A DNA stretch of 63,763 nt, filler included, from Craspedostauros australis (Eukaryota): the NCBI GenBank assembly GCA_030167865.1. It is 10 parts of 10 records of this genome, joined end to end, with 100 filler letters (N's around TTAATTAATTAA, not from the genome) between each part and the next. Parts side by side here need not be neighbours in the genome. Positions count along the whole stretch, not along the records: positions 1 to 18,995 come from JALAGF010004738.1; 9 more parts are not named here. One strand, 5' to 3'. Of this stretch, positions 1-11,912 are shown piece after piece. A program made the position numbers and the translations under genes. A model generated the notes under the pieces. The model was not told the DNA's origin, did not search any database, and was given only the letters and a program-made list of their open reading frames with translations. The first letter of the stretch is position 1. Each line of letters opens with the position of its first letter.

Positions 1-1001
1 GGCAGCGACTAAACTGGACACCTCGCAACAGCTACTGCTGCCCAAACCAAGAAGGATAACACATGCATACAAAGAAAAATTAGAGTTAAACCACCATATT
101 TTGTGCTTGTCGACGGCAGATTTGTTGTGCGCACTTGGGATTCCTGTGCAAATCGCGAGAAGCGACCAACCTTGAGCCTCGGGTTCCCTCCGACTCGTAG
201 AGTAGTTTGGCCTGTTTTCCGGCACACCCATTCTAATCAATTAATATTTCGTACGATCAGGTCGTAGTTGAGCGCAAGTATGGAGCAAGCGCAGGTACGA
301 GATTGGACTCTGCACTCTTTGCGCAGGCTGCGATCCCAAAGCGACGCAGATGGTTCGGAACTGCCTCAATTCCGCCTAGTCGACCCGGCTAAAATTGTAT
401 TCCGGCGAATCGGAGCAGTCCGCTGTTGGCGAAAAGTTTTTGGCGAAACAGAAACTGCGCCAACACAACCATGTTTTGTCTGTCGTCGTTTGAATTGGTG
501 CTTTGGCACTGATTGTCGTGTTGCGTTGTGTTGGATTCTGTTTGTTTCCATCCCCCGAAAGCCGCAATGACACAATCAACACAATCAATACAATCAATAC
601 AATCAACGATATCACCTCCTGACAAGTGCGGTGGCGAGGGAGCGAGGTTGTACATGGAGCGCACTCATTGTCTGCCTGATCGCACTCGTAGCCAATATCA
701 TATAGAGTGCGTGCCTTGACGTACCATCAGAAGGTGCAGATACAAGCCAAGTACGGTCGTGACTTGGGCGGATCGAGGGTGCAGCACTCCGCACAAGACC
801 ACCGATCGCCATTCACAGCTGCCACACGCGCAACCACAACAACAAGAGCAAGTAAACACAAGAGGAAGATACTCAACGATATCCGACGATAACCAACAGC
901 TCCTTCGAATACGTGAGAGTTCCATTGCTAGGAGAGCACTCTACTCTACTCTATTCACATTCACATCCATATTCACAGCAATCTGGGCGATCGCAAGCAC
1001 C

Positions 1002-4000
1002 ATGCCGTCACCGTTGCAGGGCGCAATGCAGACCATCCCGCAGCTCGTGGGGCCTGTCTACGATGTCGCAGCTGCATACCTGCGGCACGTGGTGCAACGC
1101 ATGGACATTCCAGCGTGGGATGTGTACTCCACGGCCTTCCAGACCTGCGCCCATGACTTGGTGCAATCCAGCCAATCGACGGCGACCTTCCTGTACTTGA
1201 CATTCCGACCCGTCGCCATTTTATGCTGGATCATCCTGGAGATACTGGGGCGTGTTGGTCAGGTGCTATTCCAGCATCTGCTGGCTCAGGGTTGGCGCAG
1301 CGCGCAGAACGGCGCCATGCAGGCCAAGGCCGGCATCGTTTGGTTCTACATGTTCCAGCGGTCGCTGAGCCGAACGGAGGCTTTGGGCGAGATCGCCATT
1401 TGCTGCGCGTTGGTGGTTGGCTACTATCTGCGGAAATGGCTCAAACGCCAAACCTACGTCGAGAGGGCCAGCAGATGGTGCTCTCGCAAGAAGCGGTACA
1501 TGGTCCAGGTACGTCCGCATGATCGTGCGCATGTGTGCGTGCGTGCGTGCGTGCATTTGTATGTCTGCGTGCGATGTGCTCTCCTGGACTGCATTGGTAT
1601 GGCATGGTATTATATTCCAGACAGTGTGTGGATGCAATATGCAACGTAGATTGGGCTCCAATTATCCATGAAGAGATGGAAGTGGAAGGGAGGAGAGAGA
1701 TCAGCACAAGCCAAACAACATGAAGTCTCTGGACTCCACTCCCGAGTCGTGGATGGATCATCCCCACCACCACCATCGGCATTTTCCGTTACTTTGTGTT
1801 CCAAGTCCGTGTTTTGTGTGGAATGGTTTTTGACCGTTTTTCCACGGTCGCTGTCCTCTTTGTTGGCTTGACACTCCTCGCTCATTTTCTCACACACATC
1901 ACATCATTCGCCCTCAACCACCCTCCCACACACATCCATCGCACAAACGCAAACACAAATACAAACAAAATCCCACTGCGACCCGTCCCCGAACGAACAT
2001 TCAACTGCACATGCGCACCTATCCGTATCATATGCGCATGATAGCAATACACCAGGACAGTCAACCGAATTGCCAAATTCTCGCTCCTTCTGGCCATGCT
2101 GACGCCTCATGCGGCCTTCTGGGGCGCTGCGGCGCTCTGCAAGATCATGCTCCCGCGAGTGCTTCGATGGCTGGCCATGGATACGTACGCCACCGTCCTT
2201 ATCAGCGTTGCCTTCCCCATGATTAGCACGATTGGTTGGATTCACGCACAGCGCAATCCAGGATTGGAGACTGATGAAGCGAAGAAGAATGCAAAGAGTG
2301 CTAGCAATGTGAATGGCGTTGCTGCCAGCAACCAGGTAGCAGCTGTGGACAAACGCAACGCCAAGGAATCCTCGCCCAGGAAAGCACCGTCTCGCATTGC
2401 GACACGGTCATCTGCTCGCATCGCCGAGGCAAAATCGAAGCGAGCTGCATCTGCATCATCCTCATTGTCGTCATCCTCGTCGTCCGAACGCAAATCGAAG
2501 GACCTGCCAGCGTACATGAAGACCACCAAGGCGCAGCAGAGCCGAGAGGAGACGACGAGATCGAGAACGAGTGCACGCAAGAAGCTGGATGTCTTCCCTC
2601 GCACCTCGCCGTCCAAAAAGCGACGCGGGGATAGCTCCAAAGACAGCAGCAACCAAGCAGTGGCATCAGCACAATCTCAACCGCCCATCATCCCAATGGA
2701 CTCCGGTTCCTACTGGCTGCGATATTGGATCGTTTATGCGTCCTTCCAGCTTCTGGGAAGATCAATCATGCTGGTTCCCATCTTCGGAAGAATGGTCACG
2801 CGCCACACCATGCTGGTGACGTTGACGTCGGAATTCCGGCTGTTCTTCTTCATCTGGATCTTCACCATGGAACGCACTCTGCGCCAAAATTTCGATACCA
2901 GCGATGGATTCGTGGCTCAGGCATTGCCGCTCCAGCTGCTCCTGCAGAGAATCCAGCCCATCGTCACCTCATTCCATGAACAAGTATCGCAGGCAGTCTC
3001 GGTCGAAACATGGGAATCCATGGCTGTCAGTCGCGCGAAACAAGTGCTGGGTGCTCTGGTGCTCATCCGTTTCATCTCGGAAGACCGTAAGGCCTGGCTG
3101 ATCCATCTCATCGAAGAGGGGCGCGTGCTCGTCATTCCGTCCATCACGCTGATGATGCCCGGCTTCGTAACCCAATTCGGCGTCATGTACGTTCAATTTC
3201 TCCTCCCAGCGGCAAAATCCATCAATAACTACGAGAATGACAGCACGGATGGTAAGCAGCTGCACCTGGAGTATTGGACTCTCAACATCATCGTCGCCGG
3301 CTTTTTGCAATGGTTCTCGTCATTGCTTTGGTGGATTCCATTTTCCACACACGCCATCTTCATTCTGTGGTGCTACCTCACGCTGCCGAAGACCATCACG
3401 CAGCTGTACGACATCTTTGAATTGGAGCTGGTCGCATTTGGACTGATTGCGAAGCCGGGTCACGAGAGCATGGATATCAACGATACTCGCACCATGCGAT
3501 TGGTCAAGGTCGTGGCTGCCCGGCTCCCAAGCGCGGACGCATCTGACAACAGCAAGGACGATCAAGAGGGCCCTGCTGTAGGCGATCATGACAGCCGTGG
3601 TGGTGGCAGCGTATCTGACAATGACAGCGTCTACAATGATGGCGATGACAAGAGCAACGAGCCCACAGCTCAGGCCAAGCCACTCATCGATGATGGGACA
3701 CAAGAACAGAAGCAGGCGTCAGGGCAGGCACAGAGTCAACCACAATCGGCGACTGCAACAGACCCAACTGCGCCAACCACCACCATCACCATCAACAAGG
3801 AAAACAATGGCGCCGCAAACGCAGAAGTTGACGAGAGCCCGGGCGTGTGCAAGAAGCAGGGCGCATGGCAGAACGCCAACCCCACGCAGAAGCGCGCACA
3901 GGCAGCGGAGAATGGTCCGGAGCATGAATCATCGTCATCATCCTCTGGGACTGCGACTGCAAAGAGAGGAATGGGAGTACTGGGGGATGTCTCCTGCAAT

Positions 4001-4003
4001 TGA
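1002..4003 (+). CDS. Multi-pass membrane protein with TB2/DP1/HVA22 (REEP)-like segments; 2 exons (1002-1508, 2045-4003)
   Basis: ORFs 759-1649 and 2096-4003 join through a phase-0 intron 1509-2044 (CAG|GTACGT ... ATAG|CAA), giving RKKRYMVQ|QYTRTVNRIAKF. It has two HVA22-like motifs (YWLRYWIVYA...FFFIWIF; LEYWTLNIIV...WWIPF...LWCYLTLP) and low-complexity linkers. The ATG at 1002 is inferred. Confidence 0.75.
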
Positions 4004-4380
4004 ATCGGCGTTCACAATCGACGCCGCGCGTGACGAGCTGCACAAGGAGACAAGCACGCAGGTATCTCACGGCATCGATGAATGAATGAATGAATGGATG
4101 GATTTGGAATCCTTCCACCCACTCCGATGCTCGTCGATGCAATCCCATTCACACTTATGAGTACGTAGGAAACTGATTCAAGTCGAACGGAGCAGTATAG
4201 GGCATTGGAATTTTAACGCGCTTGCAAGATCAGCAACGTGAACACCCTGTCATTTTAGAAGCACGTCGCAGCTGCAGCTATCCCATTCAATACGACGACA
4301 GCAACAACCATGTGCTCTTTGGTGTAAGTGCGATTGTGTTATGCCATCATGACGAAGTACATGCATCTGTCATCACTACC

Positions 4381-5568
4381 TCACGACTTGTACGCAACGA
4401 TGTAGGCAATCCAAGACCCATCGTTCGGAGCGCTTTTCGCAGGAACGAACTCGCCAAAGTTGCCATCGAAGGCGTCCCCTTCCTCCTCCTCCAACTCCCA
4501 GTACACCTGCACCTTGTGGAAGTGCGCCCCTAGCAGAACGTCTCTCAGCTCCGGCAAGGACCACAGCCTCCATTCGTATGAGAATGCCTTGTGATGACCC
4601 GTGCCATCGGGGAAGCTGAAGTGGATGTGGCACCTGGCAACGTTGGTGATGGCATCGAACGAAGCTTGTTCCCACCAATACGTGAATCCCACGTCCTTGT
4701 GCTTCGTGGATTCCAGACAGACGGTCTGCGCATCGGGACCACCATGGAGATCCAGCACCATGCATCCCTCCTCGTGCAAGGCATCGCGGCAGGTTTTGAA
4801 GTACTCGCGCAGCTGCCGTCGATCTTGAAAGAGCATCCATGAGAAGTTCTGCGCTGCAATGACATTAAACCGAATGGCGTCGTCATCCGCGTTTGATGTT
4901 GTGGTTGATTTCGACCACGGTACAGGATGCGACGATGGCACCCCATCCAACACGTCCCCCTCAATCAACATCAGACGCGATTGCTGCTCGTGCGTCAGCC
5001 GCGACACGTGATTTTCCTTGCCATACTCCAACGTATCGTGATCCAAATGAATACCGCATGCCTTGTTGTCGGGATGCAGCTTGATCCATTCGCATGCCAT
5101 GACGGCCGTACCACAGAAGTCTTCGCGGATCGTGCGTGGTGAGCGTCGGTACCGATCACCGAAGGCGACTTCCAGGAACTCTGCATCGGCTTGCGGAGAT
5201 TGGACACTGTATTCGTACAGCTGGTGGATGTTCCAGTCCTGAGCTTCTGTGCGAGGGTGGCTGGCCTTCTTCTTCGCTCTCTTTGTCTTCTTTCTACGCA
5301 TCATTGCCTTCTTCGGTGCTTGTGCTGTCCTGCACGGTTGCTCCGTGGATGCACTTGGTGCCGTTGGATCGGTCGCTTTCGAACATGATTGGATATTTGT
5401 GGCAACCCCAAGCACATCGCTTGATCCTGACCCAGCTTCGTGCTTTCCCTCATCTGTTTGGCCTGATCTCAAGTCCTCACCCGAATCAGCGCCGCCATCG
5501 CCGGTCTTGTTGTGACTGTCGACAGCCTCCGCCACTGGTTCCATCGTCTGAACTGAACTGAGTCGCAT
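4381..5568 (-). CDS. Class I SAM-dependent methyltransferase (REDFCGT-type)
   Basis: Intronless ORF with LYEYSVQSP...IREDFCGTA motif I, IEGDVL, AQNFS, GCMVLDLHGG, YWWEQ and WRLWSLPELRDVL. Start at 5568 or 5544. Confidence 0.85.
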   Translation of the reverse strand: MRLSSVQTMEPVAEAVDSHNKTGDGGADSGEDLRSGQTDEGKHEAGSGSSDVLGVATNIQSCSKATDPTAPSASTEQPCRTAQAPKKAMMRRKKTKRAKKKASHPRTEAQDWNIHQLYEYSVQSPQADAEFLEVAFGDRYRRSPRTIREDFCGTAVMACEWIKLHPDNKACGIHLDHDTLEYGKENHVSRLTHEQQSRLMLIEGDVLDGVPSSHPVPWSKSTTTSNADDDAIRFNVIAAQNFSWMLFQDRRQLREYFKTCRDALHEEGCMVLDLHGGPDAQTVCLESTKHKDVGFTYWWEQASFDAITNVARCHIHFSFPDGTGHHKAFSYEWRLWSLPELRDVLLGAHFHKVQVYWELEEEEGDAFDGNFGEFVPAKSAPNDGSWIAYIVAYKS

Positions 5569-6095
5569 CGCTGGAACGCTCGACGGCGAAGCTTTGCACT
5601 CAATTGTGATCACGCATAACCGCACTAGTCTGAATGTATGGTCGCATGGCAACCATGCCTCTTCCGTAGCTCGAAGCGTCTCGGGACATGATCACAATTG
5701 TTAGTTGTGTGCTTGTCAAGAGATGGTGAAGTGCGAGTTGCGCGAGAAGGAGTCGGACACAAAGTCGAGATGGCGAATCCTGTTTCGCTTTCTGTTGATC
5801 GAATTGGTCGTTATAGTCGAATGGATCAATTGTGATTTGCGTCGACCGTTGTGTCAAAGGATGACAAATTTTGCGGATTTCTTTGGCTAACACAATGGTC
5901 GTTTCTGATGCGTGGTTCTGGGCGCATGGGTTCGCTTACTTTCCTCACAAAACAATGCGCTTGACGAGAATCAAGTGAAGAGGTCGCAGAACGGACCGTC
6001 TCGGATGATGGAAGGCTCTGCCATTCGGTGTGCATCGTCTCCGCGCAACGATCAATCGCAGGCATCGTGCAACCATCATCGGCATCTTCATCACC

Positions 6096-7535
6096 ATGAC
6101 GGACTGGAGAATCCAAAGAAACGCCATCAACACTGCCGTCAAAAGAAAATGGAGACGCGTTCAGGGATCTCCTTTCATCGCCGCTCTCCGCCTCCGACAC
6201 GTGTACGTCGGCTTCATCATCGTCGCTGTTTGTGCCACCGTCGGACTGAACCTGCTGGCGCTGCGACGAGGAGGCTTCACCACCGAAGATGACGCCAAGT
6301 TCCTCCGTCCAATGACAGAAGAGTCGGCGCGTTGTCCTCCCTCCTACGAATGGAACGGCAACATCACAGAGTTCCCGCAGTTCATGCTGCGATGGCCAAC
6401 GGATAAATTCGAGGCCGGCGAATGCGATATCTGGAATCGCACCATCAAGCATGTGTACAATGTCACGCACCATCCCAGAACGTACGATAGAAGAAAAGTG
6501 TTCGACGTCGAGTTCGGGAATCTGACGGAAGCATGGGACAACAATGGCACGATGACGATCCACAGCAACGCATCGTCCGCAAAAGAAAATGCGACCCGGA
6601 AACTCGAGATAGCAGCTTGCTCATTGTCGAACTATCAGTTCATCGAGCATTTTCCTCACCAGATGCAGCATATCTTTCCATGCTGGTCATTTTGGCGCCA
6701 CTTCCCCGACGCGCAACATCTCCTCCTGCTGCGTCCGAGGTTTCACAGGCACTTTCTGTACGCCTCTGATTTCAGCAAGGGCATGACCAAGGTCCTGGAG
6801 GCGAACAATATCGAGTTGCGTCCCGCGAATGTGCTCAAGTTCCAGTATGCCCACGACTCCGACGCCAGCAGATTGCTCATCGTCTGCGGGCGCCGCAAAG
6901 ATGGATTCCAGATGGTCGCGGACGGCGATATGGAAGCCCTGAGGCGCACCACGCTGTCCGTGCATGGGCTGGATCGATATGCCGATCAGTTTTGTGGAGC
7001 CCCGGCACATGCGCAGTACGAAGGCAGACCACCGCGCATCGCCATCGCCAATCGCAAGAAAACGCGGCAGCTGCTAGGAGCGCATGACGTTGCCGCCCAT
7101 CTTCAGGAGCAACTGGCGTTGCCGTACAGACCGCCGGTCTTCTTCTTTGAGAATATGCCGTTCGAGAAGCAGGTGGAGGCATACAACAACGTCGACATCC
7201 TTCTGTCACCGCACGGCGCCGCTCTCACCGGCATTCCCTTCATGTCGCCCTGCAGCGCGGTCATCGAAGTCTTTCCTTTTGGATACGGTCGCGATAAGTA
7301 CTATGGACGGTTGTCGGCGCTCGCTGGGGTCAATCATTCCTACATCTATCTCGGCGAGCACATGAAGGAAGAAACGGAACAAATGGATACGAGAGAAGGC
7401 CATCAAGCCACGCGAGATCCCTCGCTGTGCGCTCCGGGACATCGGATGGCGGAGGCTGTCAGGATACAAGTTGATCGATGGAAGCAATGTTGCGGATGCA
7501 ATGAGGAGGTGGCGAATCCCCTTGGCATCAAGTGA
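6096..7535 (+). CDS. Glycosyltransferase family 61 (DUF563-like), type II membrane protein
   Basis: N-terminal TM anchor (VYVGFIIVAVCATVGLNLLAL), HFPH motif, and RIAIANRKKTRQL...FFENMPFEKQV...DILLSPHGAALT...VIEVFP, typical of GT61. Confidence 0.85.
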   Translation: MTDWRIQRNAINTAVKRKWRRVQGSPFIAALRLRHVYVGFIIVAVCATVGLNLLALRRGGFTTEDDAKFLRPMTEESARCPPSYEWNGNITEFPQFMLRWPTDKFEAGECDIWNRTIKHVYNVTHHPRTYDRRKVFDVEFGNLTEAWDNNGTMTIHSNASSAKENATRKLEIAACSLSNYQFIEHFPHQMQHIFPCWSFWRHFPDAQHLLLLRPRFHRHFLYASDFSKGMTKVLEANNIELRPANVLKFQYAHDSDASRLLIVCGRRKDGFQMVADGDMEALRRTTLSVHGLDRYADQFCGAPAHAQYEGRPPRIAIANRKKTRQLLGAHDVAAHLQEQLALPYRPPVFFFENMPFEKQVEAYNNVDILLSPHGAALTGIPFMSPCSAVIEVFPFGYGRDKYYGRLSALAGVNHSYIYLGEHMKEETEQMDTREGHQATRDPSLCAPGHRMAEAVRIQVDRWKQCCGCNEEVANPLGIK

Positions 7536-7829
7536 TGTTGAAGCCCGGTGTCAAAGATGTTGGAGCGAGAGGCAGCCGGCAGGCAACACCAAATGAGCAC
7601 TCTGCCGAAGATGGAGAAAAGTCAAGAAGATACCGCCCACCGCACAAAGTCTCTACCATGGAGTCGGAATAGAGCGGAGTAGCTGAGGAAGATTGATTCT
7701 GCAACGGCTTCGCTAGACGTTTTGTACTACGAGGATGCCATTGCGTTGCGGTGTATTGCTCTCCTCGATAATTGCAAAATGAGTGTGTGACTCCTCCATG
7801 GGTTTAACTTCTCCGTGATTTTCACCCCT

Positions 7830-10800
7830 TTACCCAAACAGCTTCTGCGTCTTGGCCTCCAGCACTTCCACCTTCTTCAGCGCTCCCCATTCCCTGTACA
7901 GCCTCGATGACTCTCCGTATCGATACTTCGCATCATCGCGACGACCACAATCCATCAAACAATCAGCAAGTCTTTCATTCGCCAGTGCCTCATCATGGAT
8001 GTACCCGCGCCGCGATGTGGTTTTGATACTATCTGCGTACAGCGCGATCGCGGAGCTGTGCTTGCCACGCAGGAAGTGCTCTTCGGCTTTCAGAATCGCG
8101 AGATAGTGGGGACAGTTGGGGTGTCCCTGCTTGTCCCATACCTTTAGCTGCTTCGCGCACTGTCGAGCTGTCTTGAGGAATTTTCGGCTCTTCGACGTCT
8201 TGAAGTGCGAGGCAGCGAAGCAGGTCAACGCTGCACGAAAAATCATCGTGGGCATGGTGGGCAAACCCAGCGTCGCCTTAGCCATCGCGAGGACGGATGC
8301 AGCCCAGAGGTTGGCACCCATTTCGTATTCACCGAAGAAGTAGCAGAGTTCTGCTTTGGTCAGGTCGATCACGTTCTTCGAAATGGCGTCCAAAGGACCA
8401 TTGTCATCTCCATTGTCCTTGCGCTCATCGAAGGCGTCCCCGATGAGAAGGATAGAATGTTTGGATGCGCCGCGGAGATTCAGAAACTTCTGCCAGGCTA
8501 TAGAGAGGAAGAAATGCGGCTGGGTCTGATTGAAATCCAGCAGCACCTTGGTGTACGTCGCGCAATCAGCGTCGAGTTGGGGTAGCGGAGTTCCGTCAAA
8601 AAAGGAGAAGGTGATGTAATTGGAGATGCTCCAAGACGCAGTTTCCAAATCACCACATGCCATGCCTATGCGATATGCCTCTATGAACGGCTCTTTGATT
8701 TCTTCCAATGGTTGATTCCAATACTGAATCATGGAGTAGAACATGTAGACAATCGCGGGTTCGGTGGCGGGGTGATCTAGCCTGGCTAGCATTTCGAGGG
8801 AGGCTCGTCCCAGATTCTCACGTGCCTTGATGTCGCCCATGGCAGAACCCGTGATGATGCCCAGAAAGATGAAGGCAATCGGAGAATGCGCGGAGATACC
8901 ACGCTTGAACGTTCGTTGGAAAGTCTTGACTGTGATGATGGGCACGAGGTCTGGGTCGGAGAGGTAGCAAAACGTGACAAGCTTACCCAACGTCCTCATC
9001 ACTGCTTCCTCCTTCTCATTTTCATTCAGTGGGAGCTTTGCAATGGATTCCGATGTCAACGAACGAGCAGCACGCTTCACCTTGAGGAGTCCGGAGATGA
9101 TCGCGAACTTTCGTTTCATCCCTGGCTTTGGAATGTTGCACCCCAGCTGTGACAGGACGCTCAAGCAAAGCTGCACTGCGACAGATTTCTCACCATCCTT
9201 CATGTGGTCGGCTCTCGCGATGTCTACCAGTGTGTGGTAGGCATCGATCTTCTCCAAGATGTCACATTTGGATTCAACGATGATGTTGCAGTATCTGCGG
9301 GATCTATCGAGATTTCCCGTGACGAAGGCGCACTCTGCTGCGGAAGAATAGACTTGTAACGTCTCTTCTTGCATCACGTCCCAGTGATTGGGTGGGAGAA
9401 GGTCGATAGCACAACGGAAGTATCCGAGGGCCAACCGGAATGCCGAACAACCAACGGCCTTGGTGCCGGCGTCGAAGTTGAGCATCATCACTCGCTTGCG
9501 ACGATCGCTCTTGTTAGAGTCCGGGATCAGGTCTGGTCTTGTGTTGACAAGGTTCGTGACCATGAAGATACGTTCGTCGAGCTCATCTTGAGAAAGACCG
9601 AAGAGGAGGATCTCTCCCACGCGATACTTGAGCTCTGAGAGCTGCTCCTGCTCCACCAGGTCCAGCGCTGCCTCCTGGACCTTGTCGTGGCTGAAGTTGA
9701 AGATGGTGGGCTGTCTCGTCTTTGCTTTCCGCTTTGGGTGGGTACTGGATTGCGTCTTATTCGATGCGTTGGTTGTATCGATGTCTATCGCGTAGTTGTC
9801 GGCGACCTTGACACTGGCAGATCGTTCCAGCAAGCCTTCACGTTCGCAGGTGCGGAGCATCTTGCGGATCCCGCTGTTGGAGACGAAGCGACTGATACCG
9901 AACAGCTTGCGGACGAAAGCCGAATGGGCTGAGTGGATGGAGAGGCCACGCATCACCACACAGATGGTTGAATAGGAGAAGGATGCGCCCAGACATGCCG
10001 CGATGGGCAAGATCTGTCTGGCATCCTGCACCTGATGCAGTTTGTTCTTCATGAGCTCGATGACGTTGCTGGTGAGTGGTGACTTGACCTGCATCTCATC
10101 ATCATTCCAGACCCATTCCCATGTGAGTGTTGATACTGTCGATGGTGTTGGTGATGCGATTGGTGCTGGCACGGGGGATGGTGGCGGCGTCGACCCTGTC
10201 GTCGTGGCCGGCTCGGGCAGCAGCATCGATGGATTGTACTGGAGCAGCCGGTCGTCGACCAACGAATGGAGGAACCGTTGCACGAAGAAGGGATTCCCGC
10301 CCGTCTTGTTGTACACGATGTCTGCAAAGTGTGTCACGGCCTCATAGCGTTCATCGTTCGTTCCATCATCTCGGTTGCTGTGGTCAGCAGTGTTGCTGTA
10401 TGGGATGTCATCCTGGGGTTTGAGGAGACAGCACAGCAGCTCCTTGACGTGATCCAGCTCCAGATCTTGGATGGGAAGCTTGATGATGCGGAGCGATCGC
10501 TCGCGTTTGGATTCATCTAGCGCCAACAACGTGGTCTTGAGGATGCGATTCTCTTCCAGTAGATTGGATCGGTAACATCCGATGACCATCAGCGACGAGT
10601 TGTTGGTGTCGAGCATCCACGCTTGTAGGATGTCCAGCGATGCCTTGTCGGCCCATTGGATGTCATCGATGACGAAGATGAGGGGACAGAAGTTGCAGAT
10701 GATCTGGATCAACCTCCGCAGAGCGAACTTGAGCCGATCACCGTGGGCACGGTACCCGATTTGATCATTCCACGGTCTCGCTAGACTGTGTCTNNNNNNN

Positions 10801-11912
10801 NNNNNNNNNNNNNNNNNNNNNNNNNNNNNNNNNNNNNNNNNNNNNNNNCCGAGAACGAGTGCATGCTGAATGCCATAGACGACCTGAGGGAGATCTGGGA
10901 TGACAGCGGACAGCACCCTGATCTCTCCCTTGGTGAGGCCCTTGGTCAAGAGCTTCTGGAGGGCAGAAAGCCGTCGAGGATCGTCGAGAGCGGATGGTGT
11001 GTGTTGGTCAGCTGCTAGGGAGTGCGTTGAGGAAGTGCCGTGATGGCTGGTTGAAGAAAGGTTGCTGCGTGCCCGCTCGCTTTCCAATGATGTGGAAAGG
11101 GTCTTGTCACCCATGTTGAGGGACGACATGATGACTTTGGCGTGGATGTCTTCTTCGTCGCGAGGCAAGCATAGGATCTGGTTGCATAGATCCATCAATG
11201 CAGAGTTGATCCCAGCGTACGGTTGCTCCGCATTCATCTTGGAGATCTCGCACTTGCCAGACACGAAGAAGCCGTGGAAGGGGCGGTGCACGTTGCTGCT
11301 GCTGTTGGTGGCAGTGTTGGCGGCAGTAGTGGCATTGAGAATGTTGGCATTGTGCGTTGCCGCAAATTTCTTGACTTGCATGGCAAGTGCAGTCTTTCCA
11401 CTTCCCGAATGTCCCGAGATGAGAACGAGCGTTCTCTGGGATGATCGTACTGTTTGCAACATCATCTCATCGTCGACGTTGGATGATGGCTCCGTTGACG
11501 AGTCTGTTGCTGCTGATGTTGCTGCGTTCACTGGTTCATGGGAGCCGCTGTGATGTGGAGCCTTGTTACTCGACTCACTATCGCTGTTAGAGGGTCGCCT
11601 TTCACGTTGCAGGCAGGTGATGTTGAATGCGTGTCGCAGCATGCGGATCTCCTTGCTCCTGCCAATGAGACCGACTGTCTCGAAGGGCAATTCCTGGTCA
11701 TTCCGCTGAAGCGGGTTCTGTGAGCCAAATGGAGTGATGGCAGACGAAGCATCGTCGATCACGCTGACATCTTCCTGCGTAGACTGCCGCTTCAGCTGTG
11801 GCTTTGATGGGATGGCATCGTCACCGTTGGCTATGCCATTGGCCACATCCTGTTGGATGGAGATACCGACGTTGTTGGTATCGGTGCGGCGTGAGATGGC
11901 TCCGGGCGTCAT
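7830..11912 (-). CDS. STAND-class P-loop NTPase (AAA_16-like) + winged helix + TPR-like superhelix; paralog 1, apparently intact
   Basis: LIGRSKEI, Walker A GHSGSGKT, Walker B FVIDDIQWAD, sensor GCYRSN, TGGNPFF, FNFSHDKVQEAA, and C-terminal HDEALANERLA...YREWGA..KV..L. A 55-N gap at 10794-10848 lies within the ORF. First ATG at 11912. Confidence 0.9.
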   Translation of the reverse strand: MTPGAISRRTDTNNVGISIQQDVANGIANGDDAIPSKPQLKRQSTQEDVSVIDDASSAITPFGSQNPLQRNDQELPFETVGLIGRSKEIRMLRHAFNITCLQRERRPSNSDSESSNKAPHHSGSHEPVNAATSAATDSSTEPSSNVDDEMMLQTVRSSQRTLVLISGHSGSGKTALAMQVKKFAATHNANILNATTAANTATNSSSNVHRPFHGFFVSGKCEISKMNAEQPYAGINSALMDLCNQILCLPRDEEDIHAKVIMSSLNMGDKTLSTSLESERARSNLSSTSHHGTSSTHSLAADQHTPSALDDPRRLSALQKLLTKGLTKGEIRVLSAVIPDLPQVVYGIQHALVLXXXXXXXXXXXXXXXXXXXRHSLARPWNDQIGYRAHGDRLKFALRRLIQIICNFCPLIFVIDDIQWADKASLDILQAWMLDTNNSSLMVIGCYRSNLLEENRILKTTLLALDESKRERSLRIIKLPIQDLELDHVKELLCCLLKPQDDIPYSNTADHSNRDDGTNDERYEAVTHFADIVYNKTGGNPFFVQRFLHSLVDDRLLQYNPSMLLPEPATTTGSTPPPSPVPAPIASPTPSTVSTLTWEWVWNDDEMQVKSPLTSNVIELMKNKLHQVQDARQILPIAACLGASFSYSTICVVMRGLSIHSAHSAFVRKLFGISRFVSNSGIRKMLRTCEREGLLERSASVKVADNYAIDIDTTNASNKTQSSTHPKRKAKTRQPTIFNFSHDKVQEAALDLVEQEQLSELKYRVGEILLFGLSQDELDERIFMVTNLVNTRPDLIPDSNKSDRRKRVMMLNFDAGTKAVGCSAFRLALGYFRCAIDLLPPNHWDVMQEETLQVYSSAAECAFVTGNLDRSRRYCNIIVESKCDILEKIDAYHTLVDIARADHMKDGEKSVAVQLCLSVLSQLGCNIPKPGMKRKFAIISGLLKVKRAARSLTSESIAKLPLNENEKEEAVMRTLGKLVTFCYLSDPDLVPIITVKTFQRTFKRGISAHSPIAFIFLGIITGSAMGDIKARENLGRASLEMLARLDHPATEPAIVYMFYSMIQYWNQPLEEIKEPFIEAYRIGMACGDLETASWSISNYITFSFFDGTPLPQLDADCATYTKVLLDFNQTQPHFFLSIAWQKFLNLRGASKHSILLIGDAFDERKDNGDDNGPLDAISKNVIDLTKAELCYFFGEYEMGANLWAASVLAMAKATLGLPTMPTMIFRAALTCFAASHFKTSKSRKFLKTARQCAKQLKVWDKQGHPNCPHYLAILKAEEHFLRGKHSSAIALYADSIKTTSRRGYIHDEALANERLADCLMDCGRRDDAKYRYGESSRLYREWGALKKVEVLEAKTQKLFG

